A stretch of DNA of 55,873 nt, counting the filler, from Platydemus manokwari (lineage: Eukaryota), in assembly GCA_037951405.1 (NCBI GenBank). It is 5 parts of 5 records of this genome, joined end to end, with 100 filler letters (N's around TTAATTAATTAA, not from the genome) between each part and the next. Parts side by side here need not be neighbours in the genome. Positions count along the whole stretch, not along the records: positions 20,550 to 31,093 come from JBBMOY011125552.1; positions 31,194 to 46,084 come from JBBMOY011376980.1; 3 more parts are not named here. One strand, written 5' to 3'. The notes under the pieces were generated by a model. That model was not told the origin of the DNA. It saw nothing but the letters and a program-made list of their open reading frames with translations, and made no database searches. Position 1 is the stretch's first letter. Every line of letters begins with the position of its first letter. Positions 26,151-39,156 of the stretch are shown here, one piece after another. Both the position numbers and the translations under genes were made by a program.

Positions 26151-27247
26151 ACTCATCTAAATTACTTGAAGACTCGACGAAATTATCGGAAGAAAACAGA
26201 AATTTACTATTTACTCCTACTATTTTTACTCGAAAGCTTTTTTGATCGTGCGTAATTTGTTCGGTGATTTAAGTAAATTTTAAGTCATTTTTAAACGAAA
26301 TTTCTAGATCATCTCATCACTTTTCTGGCTTGGTTTTCTAATATTCCTCATGTGGATATTTTGTGATTATCTGTTTGCGCAGTGGGTCAAGCATTTAAAC
26401 AAAATATTTTGTTGTTTTTACAGATCAATTTTTCATTTTTTTCTAAATAAATAAAACCTCGTTTCAACAATCTTTTAGACAACTTAAGATATCTTTAGAT
26501 TGTTCTAGTTATTATTCTGCTAACATCATCATACGTGTTACTGAAGCCCTATAGGACTAGTTACAGGTGCCATAAAATGTTCAAACTCAACCTTATGGTT
26601 AATATTATAATAAAAATAGTTTACCAGATTCTAAGAATTTTTCTCAAAATATTAGAATATAAAAACCTCTTGGCGGTAATCCAAATTTCAAAAATAATTC
26701 ACCGATAAATTTCGATTTACTCAAAAGCTTCCAGTTAGAATTTTTTTTATCGAGAATTAACGGAAATTTATTTTTTGATGAATTTTCGTGAGTGTCAACA
26801 ACAAATTTTGAATTCACTTATGTAGTGATAATTGGTGTTGGTGTATCTCATGAAATTATAATTAACTAATTTTTTCCGTCTGATAGTTTTATTAAAATTT
26901 TGTTATTATTTCCCACTCATAAATTATAAACAAATATTTTATTTCTTTCAGTCGCTATATCAAATGATTTGTTTTAAATTTGATCATTTTCTCTCATATT
27001 TTCTAAACCGATTCACTTCTAATAGGCGGCAATTTTTAATTTGGTATTTTGTTTTTGTGAATTTAGAGAATAATGAATATTTTTTTCATATCTATCGATT
27101 TATAAAATAATAATAATAATAATTTAATTGTCTACCGCTTTTACTTTAAATTAATTTGTTTATCGAGTTTATATTTTCGCTAATTTTTTTTGTGCTATTC
27201 ATAAGCACCCATTCTCAACACAACATAATCCAACATAACATTGTGAA

Positions 27248-27848
27248 TGTAAGCTGCTACTTTTTTTAAAAAACGCATCGAAAACGAATTCAAAAGACTC
27301 GACATTCAATTCTATTCAAAGACGATTATTTAAACAAATAAATAAAATTTAATAGCAAATTAAATTCAATATAAATTCTTTTTGATATTCTCACATCCTC
27401 CTTTTTTAAAATCTTTGATTTTCATTGTATTCTTGATTGTCATTGTATCGAATACTCGTAATATTCATCCACATAAAGCTCTCTTATTCTTCTATCTTTT
27501 ATGACTTCTCTATATCTTCTTTAAATCTAATCTACATCTTTTTATACTCTTGATATATTCTCTATATGGCATCACATGTTTCTACTTCTTTTCCTGAATT
27601 TACACTCATCAATGTTCTCAGAATCGAATCCATATGTGTGGTCGCCATGTAAGCTGCTACTTTTTTTTAAAAAAACGCATCGAAAACGATCTCAAAAGAC
27701 ATGTCATTCAATTCTATGCAAAGATAATTATTTAAACAAATAAATAAAATTTAATACCAAATTAAATTCAATATAAATTAAAATTCAATATAAATTCAAA
27801 TTCAATATAAATTTAAATTCAATATAAATTCTATTTGATATTCCCACA
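27248..27848 (-). mobile_element. TRIM-like miniature LTR retrotransposon (601 bp)
   Basis: Direct repeats 27248-27395 and 27648-27848, both TG...CA. Perfect 5-bp TSD GTGAA (27243-27247, 27849-27853). On the minus strand: PBS TGGCGACCAC next to the 5' LTR and PPT AAAAAAGGAGGA next to the 3' LTR. The 252-bp interior has no pol. Confidence 0.92.
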
Positions 27849-30800
27849 GTGAATATAAACAAAACTTAATTAGCTGCATGCATAATTTGAGAAAAAAGGT
27901 GTTCCTAGTTTGACTTCGTTGACATTGCGAAAAAACATTTCAATGTAATTGGTTGTGTTAGTTATCTAAACTGTCTGTCCTGTCTTTAAATTGTAACTTA
28001 CTCAAACAAGAAATGTAATTTAAACAAGTCTGTATTAAGTTAATTAAAATTCTGAAAATACTACACGACTAGCACAAGCACAGAAGGTTGTCCAGACAAT
28101 GATCAAAGTAACTTGAAAATAAAGATGAGAGGTAAGGAAACACTTAGAAAACATAGGTAAACTAATTTGTAAGACATTAAGTAAAAACATCCAATTCAAA
28201 TGTAGATATTGCTGATTCATATCTAGAAAATTAAAGAAATTCTGAAACCAAAATCCATTAAATTTTACTCTGGTACTAATTCGCTGGCATAATAATTCAA
28301 TGATTTAAGTTCAACAAAATGGTCCTTAAATTAAAATTAAAATTTGTTGAGTGGATTGTAAAATCTATGTAGTTTATTTAATTATATTCTTTAAAAACCT
28401 TTTCAAGTTTTTACTTAGGTACTTAAGAAGAATTTTAGTTGTTTGAGATAAAATGTTTAATATAATAGAGCTTCAAAATCTCATAAAATTTGATTATTTG
28501 AAAAACGGGCCATGGTGTATCAATTTGCAAATCAGCGAGGACCTCCTTTTGAAAATTAGAAGCAAATTGAAGGATACTTTAAATTTTTACAATTATTTTG
28601 ATAAAAAATAAGTGATATTAGATTATTAAACAAGTCTGGAACTTTCTAACTCGATTTATAGCTAAAATTCAAAATCAAAAAAATCATATGGAGTTGTAAT
28701 TTAAATAGGAACTTGATTTAAAATTCTATTTAGTTCCTATCAGACACCATAAAACAAAGAAATCAATTTTAACAAAATAATAAAAAATCAAAAATAAATA
28801 TTTAAAAAAATATTGTTATATAAAATTTTATGATTTCTTGATGTGTTCTCCTTTCTATTTCAAAGTTCAGATAGGAAAAAAAAGTTCATAGAGGAAAACA
28901 TCAGGTAAGATAAATATAAAAATCAAAGTATTACTTTGTATTTAAAACATTGAATCGACATTAAATTGTGATAGAATTTCACTGTTTTTATTCTTTTTCA
29001 TCTCAAATTGAATTTCAAGTCAAAATATGATAGAAATATCATTATGAATGAATTTGAACTTAAATAATACACGAAAAATCATTACATTAAAATTAAATTG
29101 AACTAGTTTTTTACTCAATTCAGTAATCAATTATATTCTATTGGGTGTTAGCTGCTTAATTATATTGACCACATTGTTTTGCTTGACCCATTTGGTAAGT
29201 TCGATTGGAATCAATTTTATACTAACCATATCTCTAACAAATCAACAGTAACTCAAATTTTATTGATTCAAAAAACCTTCTAATATTTAATTGGCCAATA
29301 AAAGATTCATTCAATCAAATTAATTACTGTTAAAAGTCAGATAATCATTGGGAAATCTCATTCTTTATCGATTATTGTCACTGATTTAGATTAGCGAGTA
29401 TTATCTATAAGAAATTATGAAAAATACTTCCTCGTACAGACATCAATGTAAAATCCCATAAAAATCTTTCACTAATCGTAACTGGGAAATTTAAATCCTC
29501 TATTAAAATTTCATTCACAATTTGGCCTTGGGCACTTAAAAACACTATATCGATTGATAGATATAAACAAAGAAAATTATTATTTGCGAATAAGAAATTA
29601 TCAAATCGATCTCAAATTTGATTGGTAGACGTCAATGATAAAATAAATACTATGACATATTAGTAGTATTGAAAACTGATTTTTGGTAAGTAGATTTTTT
29701 TTAATAATATTCTTTTTTAAATGTCATGATATTGTTGAATATTCGTTTAAATTATTAGCATAATCAATACATTTTGGTTCTCATAAATATTTTTCGTATA
29801 ACGAATTGGATTTGTTTGAGTTTTTATTGGTTTGAATGAGATATTTGAAATAACATTGATCCGGTCGATATATTGGTGGATATAATAAAGTCTATCCAAT
29901 CTGTTAGTATTCGTTGTTATTATTAACAATCTAATAATCGATGGCATTCATTTGAATGGAAGACTCGATGCCATAAATGAGATTCATTTCCAATGGGTTC
30001 AGTGTATTGTGTGAGTATAAATAGATATCATATTCAGTTGCAAAATCATTTTGGTGGCTATTACGAGATCTGATTATAATATCGGCTGATAGACTTTTGT
30101 AGTTTTAAAGCTAATTTATATGAAAACCTATGATTCATTCATGTTCCTATCGACAGTATATGGTAATAGTTGTATAGGGAGAATTAAATCGTTATCAAAA
30201 AGTGTGACAACATATAATTAAAAATGTGTGAAATTTTCGGGATTTAATGATCACCGGTGGACTCAAACCGAGGTCAATTTATAGAACTTACAATAAGACT
30301 CACAAAGATCATGAAGTCAATGAAATTGTTTTCCGCTTATCAAACCATATATCTACATTCGATATCACAGACTAAGCAGAATTCATAAACACCCAGTTCG
30401 TCGGGAAATTCTATGCCACTTACCTTATTCTTAACCATTTAGTCCTTACCACCAGTATACCAGAGAAAGACAAAATGACATAATACCTGGTCACCGGTAT
30501 ACCAGTGAGAAGATACATGTTATATTATAAATACAATCATATCTTTTGTGGTCACTATTCTGTTGACCGGGATATGATTAATTATTTGTTCATTCTGGCT
30601 CAGGAGCTCAGGCAAGAGGGGAAAAATATCTCAGGACCTCAAGTTTCAAATGTTTGAAATGACATGTGAATAATATTCGGTGATATGTTGAAAAATTTTG
30701 AAATTTTTAACTTTTACTTTAGTTCGCTTGGAGTACCGGTAAATTTATATAGGTGGTCTCGTAATAAATGTGTTACATATTGGTCCCATTTGTTTGACAA

Positions 30801-31018
30801 TGACATAAATGATAATGTACTTCCGAGCTTTCGTTTAGTTAACAATTTGCATTGATCTCAGAACAAGCAAACTGAAAATGCTTTTTTGAAAGATAAAAAT
30901 GTTATCGTTCAGAACAAATTGTTGGATATGTTTTGTCTAAACGAAAACGATTTGTACATAAATCGCCAATTTTTTGGGTTACGTAGAATTTTCTTCTGAA
31001 ATGACTGGACGAGAGTAT

Positions 31019-31028
31019 ATTATTATTA

Positions 31029-31092
<64 letters not shown>

Positions 31093-31093
31093 T
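31019..31093. repeat. (ATT)n microsatellite at contig end
   Basis: Directly visible. Confidence 0.95.
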
Positions 31094-31193
31094 NNNNNNN
31101 NNNNNNNNNNNNNNNNNNNNNNNNNNNNNNNNNNNNNTTAATTAATTAANNNNNNNNNNNNNNNNNNNNNNNNNNNNNNNNNNNNNNNNNNNN
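31094..31193. other. Assembly gap/spacer
   Basis: N run with TTAATTAATTAA linker. Confidence 0.97.
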
Positions 31194-31569
31194 TCTGCAC
31201 AGATCATGCAATCTAATTGAGTTTGATTTTCCATCATTTATTCAATTTGTTGATTTTCATAATTTTTAATTTCAAATAAAATATATAAAAATAATTTCAT
31301 TAATTATCAAAATTTCTATTGGTTAAATTAATTATTATTAAAATTAATTATTTTTTATAATTAAATTAAAAGTAATCTAAGCTTAAAATAAATTAAACAT
31401 AAATGAAATTACATTATGAAACAAGATCACTATCTTGGCAGCAATTATAACCATGTTAAATGTCATCATTTACTTTCTAATATTGAATGATCGGATTTAT
31501 AATACTGACTGATAAACAAAAAGAAATTGAAATGGATAATAAAGTTAATAACAAAGTTAATCTTCATTT

Positions 31570-33210
31570 AAATAGACACACAATGCCGACATTCTTAACA
31601 TTACACTACCCAATGTTATTGGAAGAATTATTCCCACACATCAGAGCAGCTTTCAGTCTACATAAGAGGGGTAAATTCGATGATATTGTACAAAAATGTC
31701 GTCTAGCAGAAATAGGCGTTCGTAATGGACAACAATTTTGTGCCTCATGTGAAATGAAACTGAAAAAAATGGAACAATAACAAGGTATGACAAAATAAAT
31801 AGGATAATCCAATCAATCATGAAACATCGAGCAATAAACCAAATAAATCTGAACAGGAATAACTTTTGCGATACATGTGAAATGGACAACCACAACACAC
31901 AGGAATGCAATGCCATCACAGGCGCAAGTGGAAACAAAATTAAATCATGAAACAAGCGATCACTCTAGGAGTAATTCACAATGTAAAATATGTGGAAAAC
32001 GCGGATTCCTTTAGTAATTTGTCGATCCAAAACAGCATCAGTAAAAAGAGAAGATACCAATATAGCACCAATTAAGGAACGTTGGTAGTAACCATAAATT
32101 CAGACTAGCTTGCAGACGAGAAATGAATGAAGTCTCAAAAGCATTTACCATCACTAGGTAATATGAAACAAAGAAACCCGGTTTTTGGAAGCTAATGAAG
32201 AAGTTGCTAACCCCACATTCAATGAAGAAACAGCTATGTTTTTTTACTAATGATGACACTCAATTTTGTCCTATTATTCGAGCAACGAGCTCTTAACCAA
32301 AATTTAGAAATTACGCGACAGTAAACGGGTCCTATAACTCAAAATAATCAGGAAAGCACAGAAGCGAAGCAAACCCAAGTTACTTGATGAAGACGATCAA
32401 TAATCAATTGGCGATATCTTAACCCCAACGGATAAAAGTTATGACACAATTCAATTAGAACCGCAGAAAATCACGGAAGCACCAACAGGTCCTATAATCT
32501 AATATGATTACAATGAAATAATACAGGATTACCTAAAAAGGATCAAAAGATTGTCTAATCTTAAAATATAAAGAAAAAAGAAGAGAAAAAAAACGAAAGA
32601 ATCAAGATAAACTACAGGCCAATACTCGAACCAACTCGAGAGAAAATCGAAGCATCACAGCGTAGTATTAATAGAAAAGCTGATAAGATATATTAATAAA
32701 GCCAATGAGGCAGAAATCCAATAACAGCACAAGTGCAGTGAAGTGCAAATATTATTACAAAGACATGGATTAATCATCAGATCATCACAAGACGCCGCAC
32801 CGTTAACCATATTAATAAAAACATGAAACGACGAAAAATCATAAAGCAATTATATAGGGGAGAATAAGAAAAATAGTGAAGGAAAACTCAAGAACCATCT
32901 CAAAAAACAACAGATACAACGCGGAAAGAATAATTTCCCTTAGACTTAGATGAGGAAAGGACGGTTTCACACAGTACAATCGGAGATGAAGTAAATGAGG
33001 AATTATCTCAGCCACCACAAATCACAGCACTAGATTCAATCAATAACAGTGTTGTAGAGCAACAGAAAACAGTTGTATGTGAACAAAGCATGAGAGGAGT
33101 CGCATAAAAAACCTTATTTAATCCCCTTAACTTCTTAAGATAACACCACTTTAGACAATTTACACTTGGAAAAGCTTCCCTCAAGTTCAACAAGGAAAAA
33201 TGTGAAATAT
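31570..33210 (+). mobile_element. Decayed LTR-retrotransposon gag-like remnant
   Basis: CCHC knuckle CDTCEMDNHNTQEC (31867-31908) and a second degenerate CKICGKRG; many stops. Purine tract AAGGAAAAA followed by TGTGAAATA near 33200. Confidence 0.5.
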
Positions 33211-33873
33211 AGCTTTTTGAAATGAATAGATGTGCTTTGCACTCTTAATTCATTGAAGGAATGTATTGTTCAAGACCAAAGCAAAGATTATATAGCCCAT
33301 ATCCATGAGTGCAATAGGATGCCAGGAAGACAAAATAAATATTATCATCTTTAGTTTCGATATATTTCCTTTATTTCGGTAAAATAAATGACGTATTATT
33401 AACAAAAACAAGAGAAAATTTATCTGGGTTTATTTTACCCCAATCAGAATAGAACAGATCATTATTACCAGGGTTGTTTGTTTTTATTTTATTTTCCAAT
33501 CCAGTGAGTTGTCACGAGTTTCGCTACTGTACTATGCATGTTTTTATTTTCTTTTGTCTATTTAATTTAATTTTTTTTGAAATTAATTATCAATAATTTT
33601 CAATCACTATTATTAAATTCGTGTATTGATTTTATTATAATCGGAATTTTATTGTTATTAAAATTTAACACTGTGTTTTATGTTTTTTGAACTTTTTAAT
33701 ATATTTTAAGAATTGTTCATAGACTGTACATTTCAGTAAGTACATATGAAAGTGTATCGCATTTTAAGTGTTGTCCATTTCGTTATGATCTTTTTATTTA
33801 AAGTGGTTACATATGAAAATATATTTATAAGTTTATCACGTTATTATTAATATATGTTTGAAATAAAAATAAT

Positions 33874-35200
33874 TGTTTCACTCTTAAATCTTTTATTGCT
33901 ATAACTTAGCTACATTACATGTTTCTTACATTTATTTATCGGGTCTCTACTGTATCTGTGTCTGTTATTCCCGTGTTTATTGTATCATACATATATCCCC
34001 TCTACACGATTAGATAATTTTGTTTCACGCAATTTTTAAGCAATATCTTTACGAAAAAAACTGTCTTAAAAAAGTCGTGAAACAGAATTGTCAAAATATA
34101 AATCAATATGTGATTAATGTTTCTTCTTCGTTTTCTCCATCTCCTCTGTTTTCAAATTCTCCGATAGATTGATCATTTCCTCATTGTGATCGAAGCGCGT
34201 ATCGATGAGAAGTAACCACAGTAGTTTGAAATTGCTCATTTTTTGGGATCTTTTTTGTGTCCTTGATTTCGTTGCAGTCAGCGTTTAATGTCAGTTCTTT
34301 GCCAATATAATTTTTGCAACAATTTTCATATGCCCATATCGGTTTTGTTCCAAGTTTTTTTAAAGATCCAATGACTAAATTTGTATCTATGGCTCTTTCT
34401 ACAATATATGGTCCTTTAAAAGGTCTTATTAATTTTTTTGCATGTTTTATTTCTAGCACCAATTTGTCTTCTACTTGTAGTGGGTAATCTTTTGTTTTTG
34501 GTCATAAGCATCTTTTATTGGTTCCTGCGCAAATTTGATGTTGTGCGAGGCTCTTTGCCATGTTTCTGTTAACCTTTCTTTTATTGTGATCATATAATCT
34601 TCTTTATATAAATATTGAGAAATTCGTGGTGTAACTCTGGTATCTATTTGCATATTACTGTGTCTTAAATATATTAAACAGGACAGTGAATATCCGGTGC
34701 CCGATTGTTGTGTATAAGCGTGATGAGATATGTACATTCAAATCGTTTTAAGCTGCATTTATATCCGATGTTAGCATACTCGTTAATGTTTCGTTGATTC
34801 GTTCTACTTCTCAATTGCATTGAGGATGATATGCTGTGATTGTTAATTTGGTTATTATGAATTCCTTATTGATGGCATCTAGACTTCAAGTGAGAAACTC
34901 TGTTCATCTGTCGATGCGTAGCAACGTGGTGCTCCGTTTGTATATACAATTTCTTCAACGAAAACATTGGCTGTAATGTTGACTTTTTATCTGGTATAGC
35001 ATAAGCTTCAAGCCAGCAAGTTAAATGACCAATAAATTATGTATTTATTACCATTTTTGCTTAATGATAAAGGTCCTAGTCTATCTATTGCTATACGCTG
35101 TAAAGGTGCGCTTTATATTGGTAAATGTTTTGATACCTTTAATTTATTCCTTATGTTTCCTTTTGTTTGACATACTTTCAATGATATACACCATAATTTA
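33874..35200 (-). mobile_element. Ty3/Gypsy integrase remnant with PPT and short putative 3' LTR
   Basis: PLQRIAIDRLGPLSLSKNGNKYI, WLEAYAIPDK, TAYHPQCN*EVERINETL, GPY/F motif PFKGPYIV, end HRYALRSQ* at 34181. PPT AGAGGGGA then TG at 33991. Confidence 0.85.
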
Positions 35201-35570
35201 ACATCCTTTTTCATCATGATCTCAAAATAATTTTGATTAATTTTGGACTGCGTCTTATTTGTTGAAAGATATTCATTTATTGTGATATCGTAAATAATGA
35301 CGTAAATAATGACATCATTTATATACCATTTCATGATGTACATCCATGAACATAAAATTCATTGCTCTTTGAAAATTCACTGGTGCCACGTTGAGTCCAG
35401 ACAGCATTACCATATATCCAATGGTTTGTATAATCCAATTCCATCAGGAATTAATTCTTCATACATTTGGATAGTTAGATAAAAAATGAGTTTTGTTTTA
35501 ATATTAAAATGCAAACGGTGTGACTTTGAAAATAGAATAAAATATTGATGGAAACGACTTATGTTTTTAC

Positions 35571-36596
35571 TGGCGACCACGCCGAAATTAACGCTCTGAC
35601 TAGAGCTAATCGAAAAGAGAGTCAGAAAATTTTGCAAATCTACCACAAAAAACGCAAGAGTTATTAATTCCAAAACCATCATTCTTCGATTCATCAATCC
35701 AAGACGCTGAGAAATGATTCCAAACTACCTAAGATTTCGCGACCTTCAATCAAATGAAACTGTCATTTGCATTTGGCATGCTTTTGAGAGATGACGCCAA
35801 ACAGCTGTGGCAAGAGTTCAGCAGTTTCAAAGAGGCTGTTTTAAATGAAGAAATTGAGAAATGGTTTTTAGAAACATTTTTACATGCCAAAACAGTGTAC
35901 AACAAGGTTCAGGATTTGGCAGCAATGCAACATAGACCTGATGAAAAATATCGCAGTTGAGTCAATAGGACATATGTCAGCTAGAGATAGAATAGAAGTA
36001 AAGAAGAAAGACTGCAAGACGAAGATGAAGCATTCACAGATGTATCAGAAAGCAGATGGTAGACAGTGGAGTAAAATTGAGTGCAACGGTAAACCTATTG
36101 AGATGTTATGTAATTCTGGTGCATTAATAACAGTAATGAAAGAGAGCGATTGGAGGCGCATTAAAAATTCTGATGTTCGATTGGCTGGTATATTCTCTAA
36201 TACACACAAATCGTGTCTACAGAAAATAAGGATCCCAATAGTTTGGAACAACAAAATTCAAGTAAAGTAGATCATTGTAGTAAAAAAAATATCACCAGGA
36301 TTTATCGGAGGGGTTAATATGATGAAGATTTGTGGAATATTCCTTGCAGGGATAAAATCAATTGATGCCAAAAATGTGGGAAAGATATTTCATTGAATAG
36401 GTAAATAAAAGAAAATGGCTGAATTTGTATGGCTTCTCGGTTCGATTTAAAACTAACAGATTTGGTGAAGCACGAGATCCGTACAAAAGGGGAACCTATT
36501 GCTCAAAACCCCAGAAGGCAGCCAATAAATTTAGAAACAAAAATTCAATAATTGATAGAAAATCTTATGGAAAGTAATGTCACAACACCTTTCAAG
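35571..36596 (+). mobile_element. Ty3/Gypsy PBS-gag-protease remnant, truncated just before RT
   Basis: PBS TGGCGACCACG at 35571; gag-like LLRDDAKQLW; protease IECNGKPIEMLCNSGALITVM (catalytic D appears as N); pre-RT linker LVKHEIRTKGEPIAQNPRRQPINLETKI..LMESNVTTP. Confidence 0.8.
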
Positions 36597-36817
36597 AGAG
36601 TAGTTATATAATGACTAGTTAAATGCAACACCCAAGAAATCATCAATTTTACAAAAAACTCAATTTATCAATACCAGTATAGCCCACAGACCCCTAAAAA
36701 TGCACATTTTGCAATCTATCAATCCATATATTAGCATTTAACTAGCCATTAAATCACTACTCTGGTTATCTAAAAGTTCATAAAAATAAAAAATTAATAA
36801 AAAGAATAAATATAAAA

Positions 36818-36952
36818 ATGAATGAACGCAAAACTGTATTTTATTGCGAAAGATGTAATAGATATTTTAAAACAAAAACAGCAAAAATAGCTCATGAAAA
36901 ATCTAAAGAACATATTGCGAAATATAATGCTTCTATTAATAACTTTGCATGA
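36818..36952 (+). CDS. Small C2H2 (JAZ/matrin-like) zinc-finger ORF of the Polinton
   Basis: MNERKTVFYCERCNRYFKTKTAKIAHEKSKEHIAKYNASINNFA*: Cx2Cx12Hx5H. May be the 5' part of a longer broken gene. Confidence 0.6.
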   Translation: MNERKTVFYCERCNRYFKTKTAKIAHEKSKEHIAKYNASINNFA

Positions 36953-37798
36953 TAATACAAGTGACATTATTAAATTTGTTAAATTTATTTAACATTCGCC
37001 AGAAAATAAAAATATAATTTAATGTATTTCAGATAATATTTTAAAATATATGAATAAGGAGGAAGGTGTTAACTTTCGAATAGTAATTGAAATTATATTG
37101 GAAAATCTTAATTATGTTCGAAAAGAATATATCATTACGAAAGAAGTATATTCAAATAAAATATCAAAAATTGAAGGGAATAAAATTACTGAAAACCATT
37201 TATTGTGGTAGGTTCGATTTCCCACCGATGCATTTTTCATTTTGTAAATTTCTACGCCTCGCTCAATCATTAACCACCACATATTTTTCGTGGAAAATTT
37301 TGAGATAAATAATCGAAAAAATGAGGAAAAATTATTATTGTTATTATTATTATTGTTGTTGTTGTCATTATTATGATTATTATAGTTATTATTATTATTT
37401 TTTAGATCTTTTATTATGAAGAAGACAGGAAAAGTTTCAAACTAAGGTGATTTTAACGCAAAAAGAAAATTTTATCAAAAAGAAGGAAGAAAAATAAAAA
37501 TAATTCAAATCCAACGAGGCAGATGAAAAAAATTAGGAAAAATTTAATGACATTGGAAGTGACTTTAAATTTTCTGATGTGTAAATACATTTATTTTACT
37601 TTTAGTTACAAAAGAGTTTTAGAGACGCCTGGAAATTTTATAATAATAATAATAATTTTACAATGATAATAATAATTTTATTTTAAGTATCAAAATGCGT
37701 TTTTAAAACACTTGAAAATTTTGATAATAAATTTCATAATAATAATAATAATTTCTTTTACAGCATCAAAGCCAAAACATCCAAATATTTACATAATT

Positions 37799-38555
37799 CT
37801 AAAATTTTGTCTTAATCAATTCTTGACCATAAAATCTTCTCGATATCTTTTCTCTTTTTAAATCAATCAATCTATAAGTTGCGGGTTTTGTTTTGCAAAC
37901 CTCTTTAATAATAAATATTTCTTTCGAAAATTTTGTCGTATATCCTTTCTCAAATTTATTTTTATATTTGAAAATTCTCACTCTATCTAGAACTTTAAAT
38001 TTTGGTTTTTCATTTAAATTATTATTAAAAATATTCCATTCTTCAATTTTTTCTTTAATTATTTCAGGGTTTTTACTAGCTTCAACAGGTGTAACCTCAA
38101 TACCAGAATGAATTTTATTATTATATTTATTAACAACACTTTGCAAATAAATTATTATTCCATTTTTGATTTCCTTCACCTGTAAAATGTTTCCACATAA
38201 TATTTTTCAAAGTTCTAATAAATCTTTCTGAAAAAACAGCTTTACCTTCATTTTCTGTAGGATATAAAATGATTTTATTTTCATCACAAAAAATTTTAAA
38301 AAATTTACTTCTAATTCCAGATTCTTTATCAAACCATATATGTTTTGGAATTCTTTTGTCTTTTTCAAAATAACTTTCAAAAGCTTCCACTAAAGTTTCT
38401 TGTATTTTATCCTTTAAGGGAATACACCATCCATATCTTGCACATAAATCAATAACAACCAAAAAATAGATAAATCCTTCTGTAGATTTTTTAGGCATTA
38501 TAACTAAATCAGCACTATGAGTTATATTGAACAAGAAATATTTACACCAAATCAA
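37799..38555 (-). pseudogene. Polinton retroviral-like DDE integrase (frameshifted)
   Basis: HSADL..YFLVVIDLCARYGWCIPLKDK..IWFDKESG..KAVFSERFIRTLK then YNNKIHSGIEVTP..KFKVLDRVRI..FEKGYTTKFSKEIF..FYGQEL, the typical Maverick integrase layout. Confidence 0.92.
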
Positions 38556-39130
38556 AAAGCACTGTCTGCAAATTCTATTTTTCCAATATTAGAAACAATA
38601 GAAATGAATAACAAGGTTTTTAAAATTTTAAAAATTTATTCTACACATTTCTTGATTACAAAATTGAATGATAAAAATTATATTACTTATACTGGAGATG
38701 GAAGCAATTTTGAAATTACGAATAATTTATTAAACATTATTTTGGGTGATAAAAATGCAAATAAAACTGAAGGAACTTCGTTCAAAGAAGACATCAAATC
38801 CTATTTCAAAATTTTGGAAAAAAGAAATGTAACAAAGGTAGCCAACTATAATAAATTTGCATATATCAATTATTTAAACCAAATTTTATATGAACCTAGT
38901 TCCTTCCCTTGGATTAAAAATTAAAAGGAAGAGAAAGAATTAAATAATGAAATTAATAATATTTTAAATCCGATAGAGTTATTTTATGAATTAAGAAAAT
39001 TATAAGCTGCTAAGAAAGGTGGACATAATAATGTTTATAATTCAATAAATAGTATTTTAATAAAATTATATAAATTAGGATATATAACTAAAGACAGAAA
39101 AAATAAAATATTAAAAAAAACTTTAAAATA
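38517..39130 (+). pseudogene. Conserved Polinton uncharacterised gene (broken)
   Basis: C-terminal LNPIELFYELRKL*AAKKGGHNNVYNSINSILIKLYKLGYI resembles the recurrent Polinton motif DPNELxxRLxLLxAxxxAGNxxxxxEIxxILxEL. Confidence 0.6.
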
Positions 39131-39156
39131 TATTTTTCCAATTTTATTTTTAAAAA

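Noticed and set aside
30448-30530. Two CACC(A/G)GTATACCAG repeats that might suggest a CRISPR-like array
   Set aside because: Only two diverged units in eukaryotic DNA; a simple local duplication.
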